Below the pieces are notes generated by a model that was not told where the DNA came from, ran no database searches, and saw only the letters and a program-made list of their open reading frames with translations. A stretch of DNA of 64,000 nucleotides from Promethearchaeota archaeon (GTDB taxonomy: Archaea; Asgardarchaeota; Lokiarchaeia; Sigyniarchaeales; SOKP01): NCBI GenBank assembly GCA_048938855.1, contig JBHLLT010000011.1, positions 42,400-106,399 of the forward strand, read 5' to 3'. Made by a program: the position numbers and the translations under genes. This document shows, piece after piece, positions 49,503 to 61,100 of this stretch. Each line of letters begins with the position of its first letter. The first letter of the stretch is position 1.

Positions 49503-52500
49503 GTGAAGATATTGGTAATAGAGATAATACTCCTTATTGTTTTTCTAATCTTCTTTTCAATTGGATTCTATATCATATATAAACAAGTTGCATTAGTTAA
49601 AAAGGGAGAATTCAATAATAAAGACCGAATTCAATGTATTATATACGGTCTTATCTTTGGGTTATCAACAATGGTAGTATTTGCAGTTGCAGTAATATAT
49701 GCATTAAATTTGGGGAATTTACCAACATTAGAAGTCAATCCTTTAGCACTTCTAATACCTTTTACTATTAGTTTAGCATATATTTCATTTTATCCTCTAA
49801 TTGATTTCGTTTTTATCGCACTAAGCAAAGAAACAGATGAGGGTCTTACACCTTTTCATAAAATTATTAATGCGAAAATTATCAATATTTCGAGCAAAAA
49901 GGTTATAAAGTTAATTATAGCAATCATTTTTTACATAACTTTGTTTATTTTACCTCCTATCATCTTAGCTTTCCTAGGTATACCCTTTATTATAAGTTTA
50001 ATATCTTGGATGCTAGGATACCCACTAATGATCTTAACTTTTTATGGATCTAAAGGATATATTGCCGGTATATCAAATGCATATTATCATATTCCCGATA
50101 TTAAGAGATCTATATTCTTAAATTTTGAAGACAGTAAAAGAGGTATGAAGCAATTTACATCGAATCCTATACATTATATTATTTTAGGAGTAATGATTTT
50201 TGTATTCGTTTGGGCATGGATATCATTAATTCAGACTGTAGCCTTCTTTTTCACCCAAAAATTAGCCATATCAACTATGTCCTCTGTTTTTGTTTTTGTA
50301 ACTCTTCTTTTTGGAATATTAGGATATTTCACAAGATTTTGGGGGAGAAAAATAAAATATCGAGGAATTGATATTTACTTTGCAGCTTTTTTAATAGCTT
50401 CAGTAGGAATTAATGTACTAGTTAATTTCTTTATTGTTAATCCTTCTATCTTAGAGGATGTTTTTAATGCATGGGTTTTTACTAGCGAAATTAACCCCCC
50501 AAATCATATATTATTAGCTTGGGCTGCTGTGATTGAAGAGATAGTTCTAATTACTTTTATTTCATACTTTTTTTTGGCAAAGAATAACGACTTTGTGTTA
50601 AATATTAAATTTTCCAAGATTACACAATGTGGACAAACTTTTGATCCTATTCCTTTATTTACTTTTATAAAGCATTCTAATCCTAAAATAAGAAAACATG
50701 CATTAGAAACTATAAATTTAATGTTTGAACGCATTCCATTAAAAAATAATGCAATTCTTAATGATTGGAGGTTTAAAAACTCCATATTAGATGGAATATG
50801 TGATTATGATAAATATTCAAGAAAAATATGTAGTCAACTTTTAATTCAATTAGAAAATGATGTTCCAGAAATTACCCTACCTTGGGTAATAGAAGCATTA
50901 GAATCTCCAAATTATGATAAATGCATCTCTATTGCAAGAACTCTTCTTAAAGCAAACTTTACTTTTATAGAAAGAATCCCCCAAGAATTAATTCTTAATC
51001 TAATAGAAGATTCTGAATGGAGATTAAGATTAATTGGGTTAAAAGTGCTAAGTAGGAAAAAGAACGAGATAAATGAAGGAATTTTTAAATTAATAGCAGA
51101 AAAATTAATAAGTGACCCAAATAATGAGATTGTGGTTGAAACTCTTAATCTTATGGCTGATATATCTTATAATCTTCCTATTGAAATAATTATTGATAAA
51201 ATTTTTCATAATAATGATAAAATTAGTGCTGCTGCAATAAAAAATATAAGAAATCTCAACATTAAACAAATTAATCGTAAGCTATTATCTAAGTTTATCC
51301 CTCTAATTAAAAATCCATCAAGTTCTGTAAGAGCCTCGATTTTTGAGTTACTTGCTAAAGTTGGGAATTTTAAAAAAAATGATGTTCCCCTTTTACCATT
51401 TTTAGAAGGTTTAAATGACTCAAATGAAAATGTAAGAAAAGCTGCTTTAAACGCTTTAGAAAAATATTATGAAGAACAGCCCGGTTTGCTAGATATTGAT
51501 AATATAATTAGTAGTATCGATCCGAATAACTTTGAAATTTTAAACAATGTTGTTAAGCTCCTTGGAAGACTATGGAAATATGATCCAGAGAAGATTCTAA
51601 CTACGTTACTAATATTTATAAAATTTGAAGACGATAGATTAAGAGAAGATATTTCAGACATTTTAACCGAGAATTATAGAAAAAATCCTGATTTAATACT
51701 TCAAAATGTAATCAGAGTACCGGATGTTACCACTTATATCACTAAAGGAATTATATCAGAAACACTAATAAAGATTGGAAAAACAGATCAGAAAACCGTT
51801 ATTCCTCTTTTATTGAACTATACTATATCTGAAGATGATGAGGTAAGACTAAATGCTCTTGAAGCTATTGATGGCTTGATGGAAGAATTCATCGATAACT
51901 TAGATGTAAAACCAATTATGTTAGTATTACAAAAAGATAGAAATATTCAAGCAAAAAGGAAAGCTTCTGCTATAATTTCAAAAATAGCTCAAAAAGATCC
52001 ATTTTTAATAAAACCATTTATTTCAGAATTCTTTTCTACGATCGGAGGCCAAGACTCAAAAGTGAAGGTCGTCCTTACAAAAACTCTTCTCGAAATAGCA
52101 AAAAACTCACCAGATATTATTCCAATCGACAACATTTTAAGTTTACTTAGGGATAATGATTCGACTATTCGTGAAATGTGCGTAAAAATTTTAGGATTTG
52201 TTGGACATAAATTTACGACTTCTGCAGTCAATGCATTGATAAATATTGCTTTAAAGGATGACGATTGGATTGTAAGAGAAGCAAGCGTATCAAGTTTAGG
52301 TAAAATAATTGGTCATGTTGATGACAAAGAAAAAATCATTGAAAAGCTTATTTCTTTACTAGAAGATAAGCAAAATTGGGTTCGTTGGTCAGTCTTAAAT
52401 ATATTATCTGATATTGATGAGATTAATGCTTCTCATATTCCATTTACTAAATTATTAGTTAATTTAAAAAGTACTGATTCTAAAATTAGAGAAGCATCCG

Positions 52501-52844
52501 CGAGATTAAGTAGAATTTACAGCGATGAAATTGAAGAGTATTTTGATGAATTACTAAACAGATTAGGGGATGATTCAGAAGATGTTAGATCCAGTATGAT
52601 TAATAGCATTGTTGAGATTATTAAAAAAATTGGGCTTAATAGAATTTTAACCAAATTGTTAGAAAATTTAAGTGGAAAAGGATCTATGGCGACTCAACGA
52701 TCAATTGCATTAATATTAGGCCGAACAGCAAAATATGAGGATGAAAAAATAAAGAAAAGAGTAATTTCCCTTTTAAAAATACGTTGTGAAATGAGTCAAG
52801 ATCCAATCATTTGTTCTATATTGCAAGAATTAAAAGAAGAGTAG
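49503..52844 (+). CDS. Polytopic membrane protein with long C-terminal HEAT-repeat solenoid
   Basis: About 8-9 hydrophobic segments in the first about 360 aa; repeated 'L.D.d..VR..A...L' motifs thereafter. Confidence 0.85.
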   Translation: MKILVIEIILLIVFLIFFSIGFYIIYKQVALVKKGEFNNKDRIQCIIYGLIFGLSTMVVFAVAVIYALNLGNLPTLEVNPLALLIPFTISLAYISFYPLIDFVFIALSKETDEGLTPFHKIINAKIINISSKKVIKLIIAIIFYITLFILPPIILAFLGIPFIISLISWMLGYPLMILTFYGSKGYIAGISNAYYHIPDIKRSIFLNFEDSKRGMKQFTSNPIHYIILGVMIFVFVWAWISLIQTVAFFFTQKLAISTMSSVFVFVTLLFGILGYFTRFWGRKIKYRGIDIYFAAFLIASVGINVLVNFFIVNPSILEDVFNAWVFTSEINPPNHILLAWAAVIEEIVLITFISYFFLAKNNDFVLNIKFSKITQCGQTFDPIPLFTFIKHSNPKIRKHALETINLMFERIPLKNNAILNDWRFKNSILDGICDYDKYSRKICSQLLIQLENDVPEITLPWVIEALESPNYDKCISIARTLLKANFTFIERIPQELILNLIEDSEWRLRLIGLKVLSRKKNEINEGIFKLIAEKLISDPNNEIVVETLNLMADISYNLPIEIIIDKIFHNNDKISAAAIKNIRNLNIKQINRKLLSKFIPLIKNPSSSVRASIFELLAKVGNFKKNDVPLLPFLEGLNDSNENVRKAALNALEKYYEEQPGLLDIDNIISSIDPNNFEILNNVVKLLGRLWKYDPEKILTTLLIFIKFEDDRLREDISDILTENYRKNPDLILQNVIRVPDVTTYITKGIISETLIKIGKTDQKTVIPLLLNYTISEDDEVRLNALEAIDGLMEEFIDNLDVKPIMLVLQKDRNIQAKRKASAIISKIAQKDPFLIKPFISEFFSTIGGQDSKVKVVLTKTLLEIAKNSPDIIPIDNILSLLRDNDSTIREMCVKILGFVGHKFTTSAVNALINIALKDDDWIVREASVSSLGKIIGHVDDKEKIIEKLISLLEDKQNWVRWSVLNILSDIDEINASHIPFTKLLVNLKSTDSKIREASARLSRIYSDEIEEYFDELLNRLGDDSEDVRSSMINSIVEIIKKIGLNRILTKLLENLSGKGSMATQRSIALILGRTAKYEDEKIKKRVISLLKIRCEMSQDPIICSILQELKEE

Positions 52845-53007
52845 AATAAAACCTTTTTATTTTTTAGAGATTCAATAAATCTCACAACAGTCTCGATTTT
52901 TTTATAGATACTTATTTACTCTTTAATAAATACGACATTAATATTGGGGATTAAAAAATTCCCAAAAATAATTTTGAATATTAAAATAAAATTTTAATGT
53001 TTTTATC

Positions 53008-55134
53008 ATGACAACCCCATTATCAACACCTAGTCAACCGATTAATAAAGTACAACGTTTTGAGGATTTTTATCGGTTATTTCAAGAAAGTCCTGGTGAA
53101 TATAAATATCAAGATCAAATAAATGAGATCTACGCTAAAGGAGGAGATACATTAATAATACTTTTTGAAGATTTATTAGCGAGTGATCCTGATATTGCAG
53201 AAATGCTTAGAAAAGATCCTGAGGCAATACTCGAAGATGCTGTTGAAGCATTTAAAAATTTATTGAAATTTCAGGGTGCAAAATTAACTCATAAGAATAA
53301 TTTTGTAAGAATTACAACAAAGGATAAAAATAGCCCCTTATTTCTTCCCTTACGGGGTCTAAGAGCTAAAAATATAAGTTCTCTCGTTTGGTCTAATGGT
53401 ATCCTAGTTAGATGTTCTACAATAAGACCAAAAATTATAAAAGCCTCATTTGAGTGTAATTTATGCGGAGCTCAATTTGAAGTCATTCAGTTAACCTCAA
53501 GAATAAGATGGCCAAAATTTTGTACAAACAAAAGGTGTAAAGCAAAAGCACAAACAGATTTTCGATTAATATCCAAAAATTCAGAATTTATAGATTGGCA
53601 ATCAATAACAATACAAGAAATACCAGAAGATCTACCACCTGGAAGAATTCCTAGATCTGTTCAGGCAATTTTGACTTATAATTTAGTTGATACTGTAAAA
53701 CCTGGTGATAGAGTAAAGTTGATGGGTATTTATAGATCGGTTTTAGCTCAGTCAACGAAAAGTAATAATTCTACATTATTTAAAACCTTCTTTGATATTA
53801 ATTTTATAGATCCTGAGGATAAAACTGATGATGTCATTGATCTTACTAAAGAAGATAGGAAAAAAATTGAGGATCTATCTAAAGAGCCATTTATTCAGAA
53901 AAAAATTGCCAGATCAATTGCTCCTGATATATATGGGAGAGAGGATCTTAAAATGGCATCAGCTTTAAGCTTATTCGCAGGAACAAGAAAGAAAAAACCT
54001 GGAGGAGGTTATAAAAGAGGAGACATCCATGTATTATTCGTTGGGGACCCAGGAACTGGAAAATCAGAGATCCTGAAGAGTGCCATAGAAGTTTCTCCGA
54101 GAGGGCTCTATACTTCTGGTAAGGGGTCAACAGCAGTAGGTTTAACAGCTGCTGTGATTAAGGATAACGACACAGGTCAGATGAACCTTGAAGCAGGGGT
54201 TGTTGTGCTCGCAAATGGAGGAGTAGCAGCAATAGATGAATTTGACAAGATGGATACTGCAGATAGATCTGCTCTTCATGAAGCAATGGAGCAACAAACT
54301 GTAAGCATTGCTAAAGCAGGAATTGTTGCTACATTGAAAGCCCAAACTGCAATTATAGCAGCAGCAAACCCTTATTCTGGAAGATATGATAGATATAAAA
54401 CTCCTACTCAAAATATTCGATTACCACCATCCTTGCTCTCTCGATTTGATTTAATTTATGTTGTGGTTGATAAACCCAATCCAGCAGATGATGCACAAAT
54501 GGCGGAATTCATACTAAAGAATTCCATGTTGGATCCAGAAGAAACTCTAGAAGAAAATGATAATTCTATCGCGCCAATTTCAAGTGATATTCTAAAAAAG
54601 TATATCAAACACGCAAGAAGGACTTGTATTCCTGTATTGTCTGATGAAGCAAAAGACAGAATAAAAGAATTTTACTTAGGATTAAGAGGTCAATATGATA
54701 GTGAAGATGCAATTATCTCAATATTAGCTAGAAATTTAGATGCTTTAGTTAGACTCAGTGAAGCATATGCTAAAATGGCTTTAAGAAAAAACGTTCTTAA
54801 AGAAGATGTTGATGAGATTATTAAGTTATTTAAAAGGTATTTAAGGGATACTGGTTACGATGAAACAACAGGAAAAATTGACATGGATAGAATTTTTGTT
54901 GGTCAATCCAGAAGTAATCTTAACAAATTAGAAACATTAATGAATAGATTGAAAGAAATATTTGAAGAAAATAATTGGAAAGCATTAGAGAAATCTAATG
55001 TGATTCAAATTCTAGAATTAGATGAGAATTTAGATAAGAGGTTTATTGAGAGTGCATTGGAAGAATTACTAAAAGAAGGCACACTATATGAACCTAAAAG
55101 TAATCAAATTAAATTTACAAATAAAGAAATTTAA
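53008..55134 (+). CDS. mcm: MCM replicative helicase
   Basis: C4 Zn finger, GDPGTGKS, GLTAAV, IDEFDKM, MEQQTVSIAKAG, SRFD, C-terminal wH. Confidence 0.98.
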   Translation: MTTPLSTPSQPINKVQRFEDFYRLFQESPGEYKYQDQINEIYAKGGDTLIILFEDLLASDPDIAEMLRKDPEAILEDAVEAFKNLLKFQGAKLTHKNNFVRITTKDKNSPLFLPLRGLRAKNISSLVWSNGILVRCSTIRPKIIKASFECNLCGAQFEVIQLTSRIRWPKFCTNKRCKAKAQTDFRLISKNSEFIDWQSITIQEIPEDLPPGRIPRSVQAILTYNLVDTVKPGDRVKLMGIYRSVLAQSTKSNNSTLFKTFFDINFIDPEDKTDDVIDLTKEDRKKIEDLSKEPFIQKKIARSIAPDIYGREDLKMASALSLFAGTRKKKPGGGYKRGDIHVLFVGDPGTGKSEILKSAIEVSPRGLYTSGKGSTAVGLTAAVIKDNDTGQMNLEAGVVVLANGGVAAIDEFDKMDTADRSALHEAMEQQTVSIAKAGIVATLKAQTAIIAAANPYSGRYDRYKTPTQNIRLPPSLLSRFDLIYVVVDKPNPADDAQMAEFILKNSMLDPEETLEENDNSIAPISSDILKKYIKHARRTCIPVLSDEAKDRIKEFYLGLRGQYDSEDAIISILARNLDALVRLSEAYAKMALRKNVLKEDVDEIIKLFKRYLRDTGYDETTGKIDMDRIFVGQSRSNLNKLETLMNRLKEIFEENNWKALEKSNVIQILELDENLDKRFIESALEELLKEGTLYEPKSNQIKFTNKEI

Positions 55135-55655
55135 TTCAATTTATACAATACATGTTTAGATATTATTTTGAATGCGTTCTCAACATTCTCTCCAGTTTTA
55201 GCAGATGTATGTATTGTTGAGATTGCATTAATTTCTTTTCCTATAGCCTCAATCTCATCTTCACTTACTTCATTTTTTAAGTCGTTTTTATTAGCGATTA
55301 AAATGATTGGTGCCATTTCGCAATATAGTTTTATATCTGGAACCCAAAACTGTTGAATTTGATCAAATGTAATCTTTCTTGTCAAATCTCCTACAATAAG
55401 GACTCCCTTTGCTCCAACATAATAAAAACGTCTCATATTTATCCAACGTTCTTGTCCGGCGATATCCCATAGTTGAATTGTTATTTTGCCGATTTTATTA
55501 AATTCAATTTTTTTAATGAAAATATTAGTACCGATGCTTGATCGGTAATCTTTGGCAAACTGTCCCGACACATACTTTTTAACTAGACTTGTTTTACCAA
55601 CAGCCGGTTCTCCCACAATTATGATTTTTAAGGAAGTAATCTTGATTTTTTTCAT
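55131..55655 (-). CDS. Rab-like small GTPase (no prenylation tail)
   Basis: GEPAVGKTS, IG, WDIAGQE, NKND, SAKTG.NVE.AF. Confidence 0.92.
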   Translation of the reverse strand: MKKIKITSLKIIIVGEPAVGKTSLVKKYVSGQFAKDYRSSIGTNIFIKKIEFNKIGKITIQLWDIAGQERWINMRRFYYVGAKGVLIVGDLTRKITFDQIQQFWVPDIKLYCEMAPIILIANKNDLKNEVSEDEIEAIGKEINAISTIHTSAKTGENVENAFKIISKHVLYKLN

Positions 55656-55772
55656 ATTTAACTAATTTTATGAAGAAAATTTTATAAGTATATATGTAAA
55701 TAATAAAATAATTGAAGTTTAAAATTATGGATATAAATTCAGAATAGAAAAAACAAGGGAAAGATCTACAAT

Positions 55773-56864
55773 ATGACAACTGGAATAGTATATGACGATA
55801 TTTACTTAGAACATAATATTGGTACTCATCCAGAAAGCCACAATAGATTAATTGCAATCATGGATTTTTTAAGAGAAAAAAGAATGCTTGAAGACCCAAG
55901 CTTTAAAATAATCAAACCTAGAAAAGCCACACTAGACCAAATAAGATATGTCCATAGCGAGAGGATGATAAAAGAAATACAAGAAATCTGTGAATTAAGT
56001 GCTAAAACTCACCGTCTTCAATATATTGATATGGACACAATAGCATCCCCCTTGACTTATGAAGTGTCCTTATATTCTGTAGGTGGTAATTTACAAGCTG
56101 TTGATGAGATTTTAAATGGAAATATAAAAAATGCATTTGCTTTAGTAAGACCTCCTGGACACCACTCTAATTCTCAGCGATTTGCTGGATTTTGTATATT
56201 CAACAATATTGCTATTACAGCAGAATATCTTTTTAGAGAAAAAGGGATTAATAAAGTGGTGATTATTGATTGGGATTGCCATCATGGAAATGGCACGCAA
56301 GATATTTTTTATCAAGGTTCTAAATCAGAATTCGGTGAATTAGTGATATTTAATTCTCATCAATATGGTTATTTTTATCCAGGATCAGGGAATTATGATG
56401 AAATAGGTACAGGCAAAGGAGCAGGTAAAATAATAAATTATGCAATGCCAGCTGGAGCTGGTGATGATGCAATTCCCTTATTTTTTAACGAAATAATCGC
56501 TCCTATATGCGAAGAGTTTAAACCTGAATTTATCCTAATTTCTGCGGGTTTTGACACTCATTGGACTGATCAATTAACCAATATGAATTGGACTTATCAA
56601 GCTCCCGCAGAATATTTAAAAAAAATAAAAATATTAGCACAAAAATATGCAAATGATAGAATTTGTATAACTTTAGAAGGCGGATATGAATTAGATAAAC
56701 AAGCTCGGGCTGTTTATAATTGCTTAAAAGTTCTCAATGATGAGGATGATCGTATGATACAAGAAGATTCAAGATCTTCAGGGCACAATCTGCTAGATTA
56801 TCTTAATAACAAATTAATTCCCGCTTTAAAGGATGAATTAAAGCCATATTGGAAATGTTTTTAA
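55773..56864 (+). CDS. Histone deacetylase family protein (HDAC/AcuC/AphA)
   Basis: HPES..RL, RPPGHH, GFCIFNN, DWDCHHGNGTQ, SAGFD, LEGGY. Confidence 0.95.
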   Translation: MTTGIVYDDIYLEHNIGTHPESHNRLIAIMDFLREKRMLEDPSFKIIKPRKATLDQIRYVHSERMIKEIQEICELSAKTHRLQYIDMDTIASPLTYEVSLYSVGGNLQAVDEILNGNIKNAFALVRPPGHHSNSQRFAGFCIFNNIAITAEYLFREKGINKVVIIDWDCHHGNGTQDIFYQGSKSEFGELVIFNSHQYGYFYPGSGNYDEIGTGKGAGKIINYAMPAGAGDDAIPLFFNEIIAPICEEFKPEFILISAGFDTHWTDQLTNMNWTYQAPAEYLKKIKILAQKYANDRICITLEGGYELDKQARAVYNCLKVLNDEDDRMIQEDSRSSGHNLLDYLNNKLIPALKDELKPYWKCF

Positions 56865-56972
56865 GATATAACATACAAACACTTTTATATTTACATTTAT
56901 GCTATAATCATAACTACACGTATAAAATTAAAGAAAATTTTTTTAATTTAATTAAACAATAAGGAGATTAAT

Positions 56973-57905
56973 ATGTCGTATGAATATGAGAGAAATGATG
57001 AAGAAAAAGAAAAGAAAAAAAAAGAGCCTTCTTTTCCATCAATGCCTCCTCCTTCGATGACACCATTAACACCACCTCCCTCCATGCCTCCTCCTTCAAC
57101 AACGCCTACTATGACACCTCCCCCTACGTTACAACCTCCAACTCCTCCTGTTTATGAACCTACACCACAACCTTATATGGAAACTACAGGTCTACCAATT
57201 AGCCAACCTATTCCATCCATCTCCACAGGTCCTTCCCAAGAAGATATTGATTCTATTTACACCCAATTGCAAGAAAAAGATTCAAGTTTAAGTCAATTAC
57301 AATCGCAAGTTAGTAATTTAAGCAGTCAAACTTCCCAATTGAATGCTCAACTTCGAGAAAAAGAAAATCAGGTAAATAGGTTGACAAATCAATTACAATC
57401 AATACAATCATCAAATGAAGCTTATCAACAGCAAGTTTCCCAACTGACGGAACAAAATGCTCAATTACAAGCCCATATACCGGGATTGGAACAGCAAGTT
57501 CAAGAATTGCAGCAACATAATTCAATTTTACAACAGCAAATTGGCCCATTACAAGCACAAATTACAAAATTACAGGAAGAAATAGTATATAAAGAAAGAC
57601 GTATACAGGAACTTAAAGAGCCAAAAGCAGTCATGCCTTCTAGTTTAGCTCAAGGGATCACAAGCCAATCTACGAGTTATAGTACTACTCCAACTATGTC
57701 AACAACTCCAACTATGTCTACAAGTCCCTCATCAACAGCAACTCCAGCACCTTCGATGGGAGCTGGTAGAAGAATATGTCCTAACTGTGGTGCAAGTGGT
57801 TTTGCTGTGAAAGAAGTTGAGGATAAAACTCGGATAATTAGTTACATTCCCAAACCTATATATGCAAAAAAGCTAGTATGCACTAAATGCGGATTTGAAT
57901 TTTAA
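56973..57905 (+). CDS. Proline-rich, coiled-coil, C-terminal Zn-ribbon protein
   Basis: PPPSM-type repeats, about 125-aa Gln-rich heptad coil, CPNCG...CTKCG. Confidence 0.85.
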   Translation: MSYEYERNDEEKEKKKKEPSFPSMPPPSMTPLTPPPSMPPPSTTPTMTPPPTLQPPTPPVYEPTPQPYMETTGLPISQPIPSISTGPSQEDIDSIYTQLQEKDSSLSQLQSQVSNLSSQTSQLNAQLREKENQVNRLTNQLQSIQSSNEAYQQQVSQLTEQNAQLQAHIPGLEQQVQELQQHNSILQQQIGPLQAQITKLQEEIVYKERRIQELKEPKAVMPSSLAQGITSQSTSYSTTPTMSTTPTMSTSPSSTATPAPSMGAGRRICPNCGASGFAVKEVEDKTRIISYIPKPIYAKKLVCTKCGFEF

Positions 57906-58158
57906 ATTAATCAATTTTACTTTTAAATAATAAAAATTTTTTAGATCCCTCTTTTTAAGTACATTACTTAAAATTACATATTATATAAGAAATGCATAGA
58001 AATTAATTACATTTTAAATACATTAAAGTACTATAGAAAAATTATATTCAAAGATCCAAACACTTTAAAAAAAGGATTGGAAAATTATATATAAAGAAAT
58101 TATTATTAATATTCTAAATTTTTTTTGCTAAAAATTAAATCTTTATTTTTATTGATAC

Positions 58159-61100
58159 ATGTCAGATTTTAGGGATGAAATATTAGGAACCGGCATTAAC
58201 AAAAAAAGAATTATAGGAGTAGCATTAATCGCAATACTTTTAATTGGTATTTTTGCTTTCTCTATGACTTTTTTTAGTTTTCTTTTTGGAACCCAAAGAC
58301 CAGATCCTAGTAAGGAAAAAGATGAAACTCCTTGGGAAGATGTTGATCTGGTAGAAACACCATATCCTTTTGATGAGGATTTTTGGCAAGATTTATTGGA
58401 TCAAGTTGATGATCCTTCCACTCTCCTTGACATGCTTTCTGAGATGTTTGATGGAAACATAGATAATTTAGATTTAGGAAACTTTTCTCAAGGTTTACTT
58501 GATCTTCTAGCTTCTGGAGCGGGAGAGATTGAGGTTTTTAGAGTTTTTAATGATACTGCTCCATTTAGTATGGATATAAATAAAATGTCAGATGTTCTTT
58601 GGAAATATGAATGCTTTGATGAATATACTGGCGACGGTTGGACATCCAACGCAGTGGGCGATCTTTATGATTTTTATTCTTTGGGTGATTATCTCGCAAA
58701 TTATTTTCCTAATCCAGAGCTCCTAAAAATTAAAATGCCATTATCACCTAACATGGGAGCTAATTCAATGACAATTCCTACTCTCTTTCCAAGACCTTTT
58801 GTGATTGAAAATCTTGTTTCAGCACCTAATTTAGATCCTACTTCTCCAGAGTTATTTAAAGATGATTATAATTCAACTACTTTAAATCTCTTATTCACTT
58901 CAAATAATGATGTAAATATGACATTTGACACGTTTGGATTATATAATTATCTACCCTCAAATGATTATTTAAATACAACTTGTACACTTGTTACTAATCC
59001 TACACCAGAATATTTGAGCTTGCAAAATAAATACTTACAATTACCTCCATCAATTGCTGTTTATAAGGCTAATAATCCATATTTTTCATCTCATTTTGAT
59101 GTTCTGAATAGTATAATAAAGCCTAATGATCCAGCTTTTTGGGCTGCAAATAAAATCCGAAACTATTTACAGACTCAATTTTCATTTCCACTAAATCCTG
59201 CTGACTTCAATCCTGCCCCAGACGGAAGAGACGTTGTTGATTGGTTTTGTGAAACTGAACAGGGATTATGGTCTGATTTTGCTTCAGCATTTTGTGCTTT
59301 TGCTCGTTCTTTTGGAATTATATCTCGATTTGTTGACGGTTTTAATAGTCTAATGATTGAAGATGTTTGGGATGATGATTTAGGTCAATGGGGATTTGCT
59401 ATTAAGTACAAAAATCTATATAACTGGGCAGAGATCTATGTACCAACTGATATATATGGAAATGGGAAATGGGTGCAATTTGATATTTTTGATAGCTATG
59501 GCGGTGGTGGAAGCCCAATAATCGGGGGGAATTATAATATTTCAGTATCAACCGATCAAACTACATATAACCGACCAGATACTGCAACTATCAGTGCTAT
59601 TGTTAGTTCAAGCACTAATCCTATAAATAATTTAACTATAACTTTCAGAGATTATACAACAGGGCGAGTATTAGGACAAGATGATACAGATTTAAGTGGA
59701 TTTGCCTCAATTCAGGCTGATTATAATGATTCTGAGATAGTTGGTCCTCATTTAATTGAAGCGAGGTATGACTTCTTTAATGCAGGTTATAATCTTACAA
59801 CTATATTAGGAAACATAGCAGTTGATTTGACAGGCGTTAATCCTGGAGAACTTAATATTTCAGATTCCCAACCAGATATTACCAATATTGGAGGGCTTGT
59901 ATATGATCCAAAAAATGGTAAAGGAGTAGAGGGCCCTAAATTAAATATCCGGTTATTTAGAAAAGGAACAAATAATGAAATATCAAATCCATTTACACCT
60001 TCAGCAATTAATGCTACCTATAATGGAAATTTCAATGATTTCTTGGATCTTAACTATAATAATGCTGGAAATTATGAAGTAAGAGCTGATATTAACGGTA
60101 CTTGGTGGATTGACACACCTTTTGGCACTTACTCTTATTCTTTATTATCTCTTTTATTCCAAGTTCCCTATTATTATATGACTAATTCAAGCAACAGGCT
60201 AGATTTCAATATTACAAAAGCTTTAGATGTATGGTTTTATATTGATGGATTACCGTCAAATTATCCGAATTTGCCTCCGAATTATGTAAGTGTTTCTAGA
60301 TCCCATACTTTAAATCTTACAGCTCAAGTAGTTTCAGTAAATTTAGGACCGGTTTCTAATAAGCGTGTAGATTTTTATGATTATTCTAGAGGTGATATTC
60401 TGATTGGATCTGACATTTCAGATGCAAATGGATATGCTTCAATTTCTTATCCTGTTTTAGATTTTAGTGCTACGGGACCGAATTTATTATATGCTAGAAT
60501 CGGCTTGCAGGAAAATTATTCTTATTATGTCTTAAATGAAGAACCTACAATAAATATTATTTCAGGACCAGCACCTCAAGTTATAAACCGCACAGGTGGT
60601 GGATCCACATATTTTAATGTTGTAGGAGAAATATATGATAGTACTAATAATTCACTTCCTATAAGTTTCTCTGAAATTAGACTCGTATTGTTAAGAAGTG
60701 GAGCAGATTATTCATCTTATTTAATCCCATTCGATGGTTATCCCTATCAAACTAATAGTACAGGTACATTTGATCTATCCTTTGGTGTAGCTCCAAATAC
60801 ACCTCCTGGTAATTATACACTCAGATTAGATTTTAATGGTACCATCGATCTTTCATCATATCCTTATTCCTTCCAATTTAATTTACCATTCATAAATACT
60901 TCTATATACTTTAGTAATGATTTACAAATTGATGCTCCCGCTACTTTACAATTTAACTTTTGGATAAATGGAATTCCCTCTAATGATCCTTTTAATCCAG
61001 TCATAAATCGGTATGATGACCTAACTCTCACAGCGTTAATTCAATATAGTGGTGTACCAATAGATGATGGAGAATGGGTGTATTTTTATGATATAACTCA

